Source: a virus (Duplodnaviria; Caudoviricetes). From it: 57,230 nt of DNA. Under the pieces are notes generated by a model. The model saw only the letters and a list, made by a program, of their open reading frames with translations, made no database searches and was not told the DNA's origin. The stretch lies in IMG/VR virus record IMGVR_UViG_3300026097_000027, positions 1-57,230 of that record; one strand, given 5' to 3'. The position numbers and the translations under genes are program-made. Of the stretch, positions 9,478 through 17,924 are shown in pieces. Position 1 is the stretch's first letter, and the number at the start of each line of letters is the position of its first letter.

Positions 9478-9975
9478 GCAAAACACCGTCAATTAAGCCT
9501 CCACTGGCGCAGTTATAGTGGACTTGGACCTGGCACAAGTGCAGCACAGGGAATTGAATATTCGTTTGACGGCGGAGACTCGCATCACTACCAGATGATG
9601 ATGACTGGATATGCCTAATTAACCAGTTTGATGCGTTTAGAACAATATTTTATAGGCTAAAGATGGGAACCAACCCAGGATTTGCACACAAGATAGCATT
9701 TGTTGTGTAGATTTGCCGTCAGACTTAAGAAACTTGGACGGGATGAGCAGGTACCGGCTGACCGCCTGCGTGATGTAGAGATACATTTAATCCTAATGCT
9801 ATTATGATTGTGCTACTCAGATAATAATCATTTTTTACAAGCCCCGGCAACGGGCTTGTTATGACCATACTATCTAGATAATCTTAAAACTGCTTCGCAG
9901 TTAATGTTAGTTCAATTAAAAGAAAGAAAATAGCGCGAGTGCTAACGAAGTGCTGGTGAGCTTTGCTCACCCTTA
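9478..9975 (+). ncRNA. Candidate large structured RNA (~500 nt)
   Basis: Largest ORF-free gap in the window, with at least ten stems. Examples: CCGTCAA 9486-9492/TTGACGG 9566-9572; CGCATCA 9581-9587/TGATGCG 9629-9635; CCGTC 9716-9720/GACGG 9737-9741; GCAGG 9747-9751/CCTGC 9765-9769; GCAA-tetraloop hairpin 9837-9859. There are also two potential pseudoknots. Strand inferred from the GNRA loop and the upstream gene. Confidence 0.7.
9955..9971. terminator. Hairpin GGTGAGC-ttt-GCTCACC between convergent transcription units
   Basis: Perfect 7-bp stem just beyond the stop of the minus-strand gene at 9990. The U-tract is weak, so it may instead be the RNA's last stem. Confidence 0.35.
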
Positions 9976-9989
9976 ACTATTAGAAGTTA

Positions 9990-10219
9990 TTAGAAGAAAG
10001 GCAGTTGTGTCTTTTTAGTAGTTTCAAGATTCTCTTTGATTATTTCTGAAACAATCTCTCTTTCTTCATAACTAAGATTCATACCTTCTGAAAAGGAAAG
10101 ACCTCTCATGTACCAACACATTTTAAGAACTTCTTTCTTGATTCCCCTGGAATCTTTATCCATATTTTTTGCTATTGTTTGGATCTCTGGTTCAGGGAGT
10201 CTCAGGATCCTTTGGCGAA
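9990..10219 (-). CDS. gp51-like baseplate hub assembly protein, probably expressed as a -1 frameshift extension of gp26 (alternative independent start ATG 10163)
   Basis: LKMCWYMRGLSFSEGMNLSYEEREIV resembles gp51/GT-type domains (W/Y-rich, then a short helix ending in ER). The frame is open from the slippery site, and there is no SD before ATG 10163. Confidence 0.6.
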
Positions 10220-11053
10220 AAAATTTGATTGATCCATTGTGATAGGCATTGTAAAGTCTTCGTTGCACTCAGTACATTGAGCATCTACTGGCTTTAATTC
10301 ATTTATGGTTTTCATACTTCCGATATGATCACTGATAGTTTCAAACAAATCTTTCGGAGCATTATTTAAAAAATCTAAAATCATTGCTTGATCACTGACA
10401 TTGCCTTCCGGAGTTACAATGTAATCAATACAGCCAGCAATTACATCAACAGTAAGTTGTGTAAGTTTTACAAAACTGTCATTAAACAAATTGATTTTTT
10501 CTTCGTCTGATAGTTTTTCATCGTTAATTACAGCAAAAATTCTTTGTTGTTCAAATGTTTTTAGATTTGTTTTTGTAATTTCTTGATATGTGTACGGTCT
10601 AATATGAATCTGTAATGGATTATAATCAATAACAGATTTGTACTCGAGATTAGTGGCCTGTCCTAACCAGGTTGTTAGATTAATTGCATAGTTATTTTCT
10701 GCTTCACAGCTTGGACAGTTAGCGGTTACTTCCATTTCTTCGCCATATGTGGCAATTCGAATAGCAACTAACACAGCATCCAAATCTAAACTAGGCATAC
10801 TCCATGGATCTTTGATTGCAGGGATACAGCTCTTGATAACTTCCACAGTGCTCTGCCCACTCAGCAATGCATCAGGTGTTTTAAACAACAGTTCATCCTT
10901 TGCGGTCATAGCATATACAGCATATTCACCGTTTTCTGAACGATCTAATGCAGATTCTGGATAATAATTGCCATTAGATGGCAATTTAATATAAATTTTT
11001 GGTTGTCTAAAGTACTGTGCTAACGGATTTGCTGTTTTTTGCAGATCACTCAT
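10202..11053 (-). CDS. gp26: Baseplate hub assembly chaperone, T4 gp26-like
   Basis: NPL.QYFRQPKIYIKLPS.G, MTAKDELL, LDLDAVLVAIRIATYGE, two CxxC motifs and C-terminal NFF. Start set at ATG 11053, which has the SD GGAG. Confidence 0.8.
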   Translation of the reverse strand: MSDLQKTANPLAQYFRQPKIYIKLPSNGNYYPESALDRSENGEYAVYAMTAKDELLFKTPDALLSGQSTVEVIKSCIPAIKDPWSMPSLDLDAVLVAIRIATYGEEMEVTANCPSCEAENNYAINLTTWLGQATNLEYKSVIDYNPLQIHIRPYTYQEITKTNLKTFEQQRIFAVINDEKLSDEEKINLFNDSFVKLTQLTVDVIAGCIDYIVTPEGNVSDQAMILDFLNNAPKDLFETISDHIGSMKTINELKPVDAQCTECNEDFTMPITMDQSNFFAKGS

Positions 11054-11063
11054 TTTTATCTCC

Positions 11064-11071
11064 AATAAATA
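11064..11071 (+). promoter_or_regulatory. Late promoter AATAAATA for the tape measure gene
   Basis: Late consensus match in the divergent intergenic region. Confidence 0.55.
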
Positions 11072-11086
11072 ACTATATAAGTCATA

Positions 11087-11094
11087 TATTTATA
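11087..11094 (-). promoter_or_regulatory. Late promoter TATAAATA for gp26
   Basis: Perfect T4 late consensus on the minus strand, 34 nt before ATG 11053. Confidence 0.7.
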
Positions 11095-11121
11095 TGCGCA
11101 GATTATAGGGATTTAGATTTT

Positions 11122-13764
11122 ATGGCCGTTGAAGACGAGCTACTCCGAATATTTCAGCAAACAGAAAACAAAGGCGGACCTGCAACCGAAAGAACTCTTC
11201 AAGAACTAAGAGATGCTTTTAAAAAGAAGTTTGCAGATCCTAGCGGGCCTTTAGGAAAAACTGGAGAAGCCGCTGACGATGCTGCTGAAGGACTTGAAGG
11301 AGTTACTGATAAAGCTAAAGATGCTGAAAAAGGCCTTGAAGATTTTAAAGATGGCATAGACCGTACAATTCGCACTATCGACGGGTTAGTTCGTTCGGGA
11401 ACTAGAGTAGTATCTGGTATGGCCAATGTCGGTAACAGCGTTACCAGTGCCGCACAGAGTTTAGATGCTATTCCTGTAGTTGGCAGCGCACTCGCCACAG
11501 TTTTCGGCGCAGTGGCTAGTGCCGCTGAGCAAGTTGTAAACAGTTTTATCACAGCCACAGGTTCGGGGGCAACATTTAGCGGTAGTATTTTAGAACTAGC
11601 CAGAAATGCCGGAACTGCTGGCATGACTATGGATCAATTTGGACAGCTAATTAAAGCAAATGGTGACGGATTGCTAGGGTTAGCATCAAACACTGCTGTA
11701 GGTGCTAGAAGATTTTCATTGTTAAGCAGAAGAATTCTCAATACCAGTGATGATTTATTTGCACTAGGGTTTTCAACTCAAGACTTAAATGAGGGACTCG
11801 CAAGATATTCAGCACAACAGCGTTTTTTAGGTCGTCAAGAACAAATGACCGATCAACAGTTGATTGATGGAACTAGAAGATATGTAAAAGATCTAGACAT
11901 TCTAGCAAAAATCACTGGAGAAGAACGTAAAGCCAAAGAAGCAGAGCGTGATGCATTAATGAAAGATGCACAGTTCCGTTTAGGTCTAGCAGGAAAAAGC
12001 GAAGATGTTGTTAGAAGTTTTGGTAATCTAATACAATCAGTTCCTACAGGACCTTTACAAGATTTTATTAAAGATGTTGTAACTACAGGAGCAGTTACTA
12101 GCGATACAAACGGTGTTATTGCTAGTCAAATGCAAAACACATTTAGCATGTTGCAACAATTTGAGCAGATGCGAAGAAATAATATTGCAATTTCTGATAA
12201 TCAAATGCAACAATTTTTAAATACGTTTGGAGAGGAGGGCAGAACCGCAATAGGTATACTTGGAAATTCTGGGCAGGCTGCTAACGTTGAACTTCGAGAA
12301 GCATTTAATGCTATTGCTGATGCGGCACAAATTCCAAGAGATGCATTTAAATCTGCAAAAGAAAGTCAGGATCTTGCTATTAAATCTACAGATGACTTTA
12401 ATACTAGATTACAAAAAGCACAACAACAAGTAGCACAACTGGGCAATTTTTTCCAAGTAGCATTAGCACAAAGCGGAATGTTGCCTCATCTTATGAACGG
12501 ATTTTTAGCATTGTCTAGCATAACAGCTAATGTGATTTTACCTGCATTCAGATTGGTAGGCAATATTCTAGGAGCTACTGTTATACCAGTATTACAAACA
12601 TTTGGAACTGTTATTGGCGCAGTAGCTGATCTTGTTAGTATTGGTATTTCACCTTTTAAAAATATGCTGGCCGGAGTTACAAATTTAATAGGCACAGTAC
12701 TAACACCTGTATTAGCTGGACTAGCAACCGCTGCTGCTGTAGTCGCAACAGCATATGCTGCCCAAAAAATTGCTATATTAGCATCAACAGCGGTTACCGC
12801 AGTGTATACAGCAATGACTACTTTATTAACTGGCGGTTTAGCAGGATTGTCTATTGGTATTTTAGGTGTAAGTATAGCAATAGCACCGATAGCTGCAATA
12901 GGATTAGCAGTCGCTGGCGCACTTGCATATCTTTATGCACAAGGATACACTTTTAGTAACTCTTTAGATAATGCAAAAGACAATCTGTTATTGTTTGGTA
13001 CTTATATTAGTGATGTATCTACATATTTTCAGCGTATGATACGCAACATCAGCGAAGCTGAAGCAGAAAGAGAATATGCCATAAATGAAGATACCAGAAA
13101 ACAAATAGCAGAACGAAAAGCTGCTCGACGAGAAGAAAGAGAAAAACTTTCAAATGAAAGATCACTTAACAGTATTTTAAAAAACCTTGCTCCTAATTAT
13201 CAAGATTTATTAGATATTCAACAAAAAGATCTTGATCAAAAAGAACAGTTATTAAATTATAACGATCCAGTTGCTCTATTAACAGGATTCGCAGAACAAC
13301 AAGGAGTTACTGATAGATTTGAACAATATGGGCAAATAAGCGGAACTGAAGCAAGAGAAAATCAAGCACTCGGCCGCGGCGCAAGACCAACTTCTACAAC
13401 GCCTGCAACACCAAGAACACCAACTTCTACAACGCCTGCAAATCCACAAACTAGACCAGACGGTGGCAATTTACCTGCTAAACCACAATATGATGCAGAT
13501 GGAAATCTTGTTCCAACAGGTAAAAATAAAAATAAAAATAACAAACCAACTACAGATAATACAACCACCTCGCCTGTATCAGTTGATGAATTTAGCAATT
13601 TAGATACAGTAGGTCAAGATTCGTCAGCAGAGAAGCTAGATCAGTTAAATACACTGGTATCCCAACTAGTGGGCTACATGAGTGAGACATCACGAAATAC
13701 AAAATCAACCGCAGACAGATTAGGCAATGCTTCAGGCGATCTGTTTTCTGGGATAGGCGCATAA
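11122..13764 (+). CDS. Tape measure protein
   Basis: Long Ala/Gly-rich helical protein with a hydrophobic central stretch and a typical C-terminus (LDQLNTLVSQLV...). Adjacent to the gp26-like chaperone. Start moved to ATG 11122. Confidence 0.7.
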   Translation: MAVEDELLRIFQQTENKGGPATERTLQELRDAFKKKFADPSGPLGKTGEAADDAAEGLEGVTDKAKDAEKGLEDFKDGIDRTIRTIDGLVRSGTRVVSGMANVGNSVTSAAQSLDAIPVVGSALATVFGAVASAAEQVVNSFITATGSGATFSGSILELARNAGTAGMTMDQFGQLIKANGDGLLGLASNTAVGARRFSLLSRRILNTSDDLFALGFSTQDLNEGLARYSAQQRFLGRQEQMTDQQLIDGTRRYVKDLDILAKITGEERKAKEAERDALMKDAQFRLGLAGKSEDVVRSFGNLIQSVPTGPLQDFIKDVVTTGAVTSDTNGVIASQMQNTFSMLQQFEQMRRNNIAISDNQMQQFLNTFGEEGRTAIGILGNSGQAANVELREAFNAIADAAQIPRDAFKSAKESQDLAIKSTDDFNTRLQKAQQQVAQLGNFFQVALAQSGMLPHLMNGFLALSSITANVILPAFRLVGNILGATVIPVLQTFGTVIGAVADLVSIGISPFKNMLAGVTNLIGTVLTPVLAGLATAAAVVATAYAAQKIAILASTAVTAVYTAMTTLLTGGLAGLSIGILGVSIAIAPIAAIGLAVAGALAYLYAQGYTFSNSLDNAKDNLLLFGTYISDVSTYFQRMIRNISEAEAEREYAINEDTRKQIAERKAARREEREKLSNERSLNSILKNLAPNYQDLLDIQQKDLDQKEQLLNYNDPVALLTGFAEQQGVTDRFEQYGQISGTEARENQALGRGARPTSTTPATPRTPTSTTPANPQTRPDGGNLPAKPQYDADGNLVPTGKNKNKNNKPTTDNTTTSPVSVDEFSNLDTVGQDSSAEKLDQLNTLVSQLVGYMSETSRNTKSTADRLGNASGDLFSGIGA
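13386..13441 (+). repeat. 23-bp direct repeat, period 33 (PTSTTPA x2)
   Basis: ACCAACTTCTACAACGCCTGCAA at 13386-13408 and 13419-13441. Confidence 0.9.
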
Positions 13765-13765
13765 T

Positions 13766-15475
13766 ATGAGTTGGAAAAAATATTTTACAGAAGTTAATAC
13801 TTCAAATCAAAGTGGTGCATACAGCCCGTTAAGCAGTGGAGCACGACCAGGACCAGCTCGTTCAAACTACTCGTCATATCTTCCAGACGTTTATGCAGGT
13901 GCACCAAATCGAATAGAGCGTTATCAGCAATACGATACTATGGACATGGATTCAGAAGTTAATGCCGCTTTGGATATTCTTGCAGAATTTTGCACAGACA
14001 AAGACAAAGAAAATTCTACACCGTTTCATTTTTTCTTTCGCGGCAAGCCAACCAGCACAGAAACAAAACTGTTAAAGGAAGGTTTACAAAAATGGATCAA
14101 ACAGCAACAGTTAGAAACTAGAATTTTTAGAATTGTAAGAAACGCATTCAAATACGGCGATACATTTTTCATCCGTGATCCAGAAACATTTAAATTGCTA
14201 TTTGTTGATGCCGCAAAAGTTTCAAAAATTATTGTGAATGAATCGGAAGGAAAAATTCCAGAGCAATATGTAATTAAAGATTTAAACTTTAATTTTAAGG
14301 ATATGGTTGCGGTAACTCCGCACGGAACGCAGAATACTTCGCCTAGCGGCACTAGTTCGTATACAAGTGGCGGCGGATTTGGTCGAGGCTATGTAGGCGA
14401 TGCCGCAAGATCTCCCGGAACACGATTCCAGACCGGTGTAGATGAAGTAACTGTAGATGCCAGCCACGTTGTTCATATTTCATTGTCAGAAGGCTTAGAT
14501 AATAATTACCCATTTGGTAATTCACTGTTAGAGTCAGTGTTTAAAGTTTACAAGCAAAAAGAACTGCTAGAAGATGCAATTATTATCTATCGTATTCAAC
14601 GAGCTCCAGAGCGTAGAATTTTCTATGTTGATGTAGGTAATATGCCAGCACACATGGCCATGAGTTTTGTTGAGCGTGTAAAAAATGAAATACAACAGCG
14701 ACGTATACCTAGTAGCACAGGCGGCGGAGATAGTGTGATTGATGCCAGTTACAATCCACTTTCGACAAACGAAGATTACTTCTTCCCACAAACGGCAGAA
14801 GGTCGTGGCAGTAAAGTAGAAACACTACCAGGCGGTACTAATCTAGGTGAGATAACAGATTTACGTTTCTTTACAAACAAATTATTCCGTGCTTTGCGTA
14901 TACCAGCGGCATATTTGCCAACTGGTATTGAAGAATCTAGCAACACTGTTGCTGACGGCAAAGTAGGCACTGCGTATATTCAAGAACTGCGTTTCAACAA
15001 ATACTGTGAACGCTTACAGAGCATGATGGTAGAAGCGTTTGATACTGAATTTAAGTATTGGTTGAATTACAATGGATACAACATCGATTCAAGTCTGTTT
15101 GAATTAAAATTCAATCCTCCACAAAACTTTGCCGCATACCGACAGGCAGAGCTAGATACCACTCGTGCAAGCTTATATGGATCTATTGCTGAAGTACCTT
15201 ACCTAAGCAAGCGTTTTGCACTTAAGAGATTCTTAGGGTTGACTCAAGAAGAGATTGCAGAAAATCAGCAGTTATGGATTGAAGAGAACGCAGAAACTCT
15301 ACAAGCTAGTACAGATGCTGCAGGCGAGTTAAGAGCCGCAGGTATAACACCAACAGGCATGGCTGACGATCTAGGAGCTGGCGATGCAGAAGCTCCAGGA
15401 GATATGGAAGCTGAAGTAGATGTCGATACTGGTGAGACCGGTGGAGCTGAACCTGAAACCGCTCCTGAGGAATAA
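13766..15475 (+). CDS. gp20: Portal protein, T4 gp20-like
   Basis: LLEDAIIIYRIQRAPERRIFYVDVGNMP, EDYFFP...GRGSKVETLPGG.NLGEI.D..FF..KLFRAL.IP. Confidence 0.95.
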   Translation: MSWKKYFTEVNTSNQSGAYSPLSSGARPGPARSNYSSYLPDVYAGAPNRIERYQQYDTMDMDSEVNAALDILAEFCTDKDKENSTPFHFFFRGKPTSTETKLLKEGLQKWIKQQQLETRIFRIVRNAFKYGDTFFIRDPETFKLLFVDAAKVSKIIVNESEGKIPEQYVIKDLNFNFKDMVAVTPHGTQNTSPSGTSSYTSGGGFGRGYVGDAARSPGTRFQTGVDEVTVDASHVVHISLSEGLDNNYPFGNSLLESVFKVYKQKELLEDAIIIYRIQRAPERRIFYVDVGNMPAHMAMSFVERVKNEIQQRRIPSSTGGGDSVIDASYNPLSTNEDYFFPQTAEGRGSKVETLPGGTNLGEITDLRFFTNKLFRALRIPAAYLPTGIEESSNTVADGKVGTAYIQELRFNKYCERLQSMMVEAFDTEFKYWLNYNGYNIDSSLFELKFNPPQNFAAYRQAELDTTRASLYGSIAEVPYLSKRFALKRFLGLTQEEIAENQQLWIEENAETLQASTDAAGELRAAGITPTGMADDLGAGDAEAPGDMEAEVDVDTGETGGAEPETAPEE

Positions 15476-15478
15476 ATA
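15471..15478 (+). promoter_or_regulatory. Late promoter AATAAATA
   Basis: Overlaps the portal stop codon; 4 nt before ATG 15483. Confidence 0.55.
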
Positions 15479-15482
15479 CTAG

Positions 15483-15728
15483 ATGCTTCTTAAAGAATTT
15501 TTATATTTTAACGATGATATTAACGACTTTGCTGTTGATCGTAGATACGATAACAAGCGAGACCGATCTGTTGTTAAAAAATCAGACACACGAAAAATTC
15601 GTCTAACACTTCGACAGATCAATCAACTAAGATTGCAAGCCGAAGCCCACGAAGCAGAACACGAATCAGAATTGGGCTTCATCAGACAAATGTATGGTAA
15701 CCCAGTTGAGCAAGAAGAAAGCATCTAA
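15483..15728 (+). CDS. Hypothetical protein in the head module
   Basis: 81-aa ORF directly after the portal gene, with its own late promoter. Confidence 0.7.
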   Translation: MLLKEFLYFNDDINDFAVDRRYDNKRDRSVVKKSDTRKIRLTLRQINQLRLQAEAHEAEHESELGFIRQMYGNPVEQEESI

Positions 15729-16347
15729 CGACATAGCATTTGTATTTGGTAATGGAACCAGCAGACTAGCCGTCAAAATGGAATATTTTATGACGCTAGG
15801 GACAGTATATGGGTGCAATGCACAATATAGAGAATATAGCCCACATTTTTTAATAGCAGTTGATGTTAAAATGGTCAACGAAATAGTTGCCAGTGGATAT
15901 CACAAAGAAAATGAAGTTTGGACTAATCCTAATAAAGGAATATCTACCAAAAACGGAATAAATTTATTCTCTCCACACAAAGGATGGAGCAGTGGCCCTA
16001 CCGCACTGCACTTTGCCGCTACAAACGGACATAAAGAAATTTACTTCTTTGGATTTGACTTTCAAGGCTTAAACGGCAAATTAAATAACACGTATGCAGA
16101 TACTTTTAACTACAAAAAATCCACAGATTCTGCAACGTTTTTTGGTAATTGGCTAAGCCAAACTGAAAAGACCATTAAAGAATTCCGCAATACCAAGTTT
16201 CACAGGATTATTCCGCAAGGAGCATTTATACCTGATAGACTGGGTCCTACCTTACAGAACCTAAAACACGTTACCTATGAAGAACTAGGTGATCGTTTCG
16301 GTTCTGCTATATATTCCAATCAAATGAATCAAAAAACTACCATTTAA
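15694..16347 (+). CDS. Glycosyltransferase-like Rossmann protein (GT42 sialyltransferase / Maf-DUF115-like)
   Basis: AFVFGNGTS, VYGCNA, LIAVD, SSGPTAL..A...G.KEIYFFGFD motifs. The exact start is uncertain. Confidence 0.55.
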   Translation: MVTQLSKKKASNDIAFVFGNGTSRLAVKMEYFMTLGTVYGCNAQYREYSPHFLIAVDVKMVNEIVASGYHKENEVWTNPNKGISTKNGINLFSPHKGWSSGPTALHFAATNGHKEIYFFGFDFQGLNGKLNNTYADTFNYKKSTDSATFFGNWLSQTEKTIKEFRNTKFHRIIPQGAFIPDRLGPTLQNLKHVTYEELGDRFGSAIYSNQMNQKTTI

Positions 16348-16367
16348 AGCCGAAATTGTTACAATAC

Positions 16368-16375
16368 TGTAAATA
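16368..16375 (+). promoter_or_regulatory. Late promoter TGTAAATA
   Basis: TAAATA core upstream of SD AGGAG and ATG 16411. Confidence 0.55.
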
Positions 16376-16410
16376 ATACTACCAGCCTTGCACATATAGG
16401 AGAATATATT

Positions 16411-17277
16411 ATGGCAGATAAGACTTTAGAGCAGATGCTAGAGCATCTTGTTAATAACGATCAAGAAAAAGCCGAAGAGCTTTTCCACGAGTATGTAGTT
16501 GCAAAATCTCGTGAAATTTACGAAACACTAATCGAATCAGAAGTTGAAGACGACGAATTTGAAGAAGCTGATGAAAAAGATGAAGAAGACACTGTAGAAG
16601 AAGCTGATGAAAAAGAAGAAGAAGAAGTTTCAGAAGAACTTTCAGATGACGATTTCTTAGAAGCAGATGATGACGACATGATGGGCGGCGACGAAACTGA
16701 CAAACTAGCAGGCGAGTTAGGTGAGCCAATGGATGACGAAGAAGGCGAAGTTGAGCTTGATTCAGAAGGCGAAGAAGAAATCTTCCAAGACTTAGAAGCT
16801 ATCATCGACGAACTACAAAGTAAGTTTGATGAATTAAAAGGTCATGAAGAAGACGAAGGCGAACTTGACAACGAAGAAGAGCCAGAAATAGGCGGTGAAG
16901 AAATGCCTTTTGGCGATGAAGAAGAAGTTGAAGATTCTTTTGACGCTGAACTAGCTACTGTTCGTGAGTATGTTGAAAGAATTAATGGCGGACACGGTGC
17001 TGAGAAAAAAGGTGCTGCTGAATCAGCAGACAATACGCAATCAATTGTCGATGACATGAAAAACGACATGGGCGGCACTACTGCAAACATCTTAAGCGAC
17101 AAGACAGATGAAAAAGGTCGTACAGCAGACAAGCCTAAAGAAGAAGATATGGGCAACATCAATAAGAAAGGCGGAACAAAATCGTCAAGCATGATGAACA
17201 AAGCATCAGGTGAAGCAGCTAACAGCGAAAGCGGAGCTGACAACACCGACAGTCTTTTCCGTGGCAAAAGATCTTAA
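16411..17277 (+). CDS. Highly acidic prohead core/scaffold protein (gp67-like position)
   Basis: D/E-rich 288-aa protein between portal and protease, with a strong SD. Confidence 0.65.
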   Translation: MADKTLEQMLEHLVNNDQEKAEELFHEYVVAKSREIYETLIESEVEDDEFEEADEKDEEDTVEEADEKEEEEVSEELSDDDFLEADDDDMMGGDETDKLAGELGEPMDDEEGEVELDSEGEEEIFQDLEAIIDELQSKFDELKGHEEDEGELDNEEEPEIGGEEMPFGDEEEVEDSFDAELATVREYVERINGGHGAEKKGAAESADNTQSIVDDMKNDMGGTTANILSDKTDEKGRTADKPKEEDMGNINKKGGTKSSSMMNKASGEAANSESGADNTDSLFRGKRS

Positions 17278-17287
17278 GGAGAAGTAG

Positions 17288-17914
17288 GTGAGAAACGTTC
17301 TCGCAGAACATTTGAGTTTTGACCAGGCACAGATTGTCTTGGAGCGAACTGAAGAAGGTGATCAAAAATCACTTTACATGAATGGTATCTGTATCCAGGG
17401 TGATATCCGAAATCAGAACCAGCGTGTATATTCTTCTATTGAAATTCGCAGGGCTGTGGAATCGCTCAACGAACAGATCGCTGGTGGATATTCAGTTTGC
17501 GGCGAAGTAGATCATCCTGAAGATTTAAAGATCAATTTGGACCGCGTCAGTCACATGATTACTAAAATGTGGATGGACGGTCCAAATGGCTACGGAAAAC
17601 TTAAAATACTTCCAACTCCAATGGGTCAATTAATTGAAACCATGCTAACAGCAGGAGTGAAGTTAGGAGTAAGTTCAAGAGGTAGCGGAGAAGTTGACGG
17701 CAATGGTAATGTTCAAGGTTTTGAAATCATTACGGTAGACATTGTTGCACAACCTAGCGCACCTGGAGCTTATCCAACACCAGTTTATGAACACCTAATG
17801 AATACAACAGGTGGTTACAAGGCAATATTAACTTCGAAAGAAGTCCAAGGCGACCAAAAGGCACAGAAATATATAGCAGAGAACCTGAAAAATATTATTT
17901 CAGGTCTCAAATGA
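17288..17914 (+). CDS. gp21: Prohead protease, T4 gp21-like
   Basis: NQNQRVY, GEVDHP, INLDRVSH, LPTPMG, LGVSSRGSG, DIVAQPSAPGAYP. GTG start. Confidence 0.95.
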   Translation: MRNVLAEHLSFDQAQIVLERTEEGDQKSLYMNGICIQGDIRNQNQRVYSSIEIRRAVESLNEQIAGGYSVCGEVDHPEDLKINLDRVSHMITKMWMDGPNGYGKLKILPTPMGQLIETMLTAGVKLGVSSRGSGEVDGNGNVQGFEIITVDIVAQPSAPGAYPTPVYEHLMNTTGGYKAILTSKEVQGDQKAQKYIAENLKNIISGLK

Positions 17915-17924
17915 GGAGAATCAC

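Noticed and set aside
9052-9975. Group I intron with a GIY-YIG homing endonuclease
   Set aside because: The element does not interrupt a gene (the flanking ORFs are complete and convergent), and I could not find convincing P7 (R/S) core sequences. A derived remnant cannot be excluded without a covariance-model search.
9478-9975. tmRNA, RNase P RNA, tRNA cluster or CRISPR array
   Set aside because: No tRNA-like GGGG...CCA ends or T-loop, no GAGGAAAGUCC RNase P motif, and no regularly spaced direct repeats.
13386-13441. Repeat in the tape measure gene as a regulatory or mobile element
   Set aside because: It is an in-frame duplication within a Pro/Thr-rich linker, which is ordinary low-complexity expansion.
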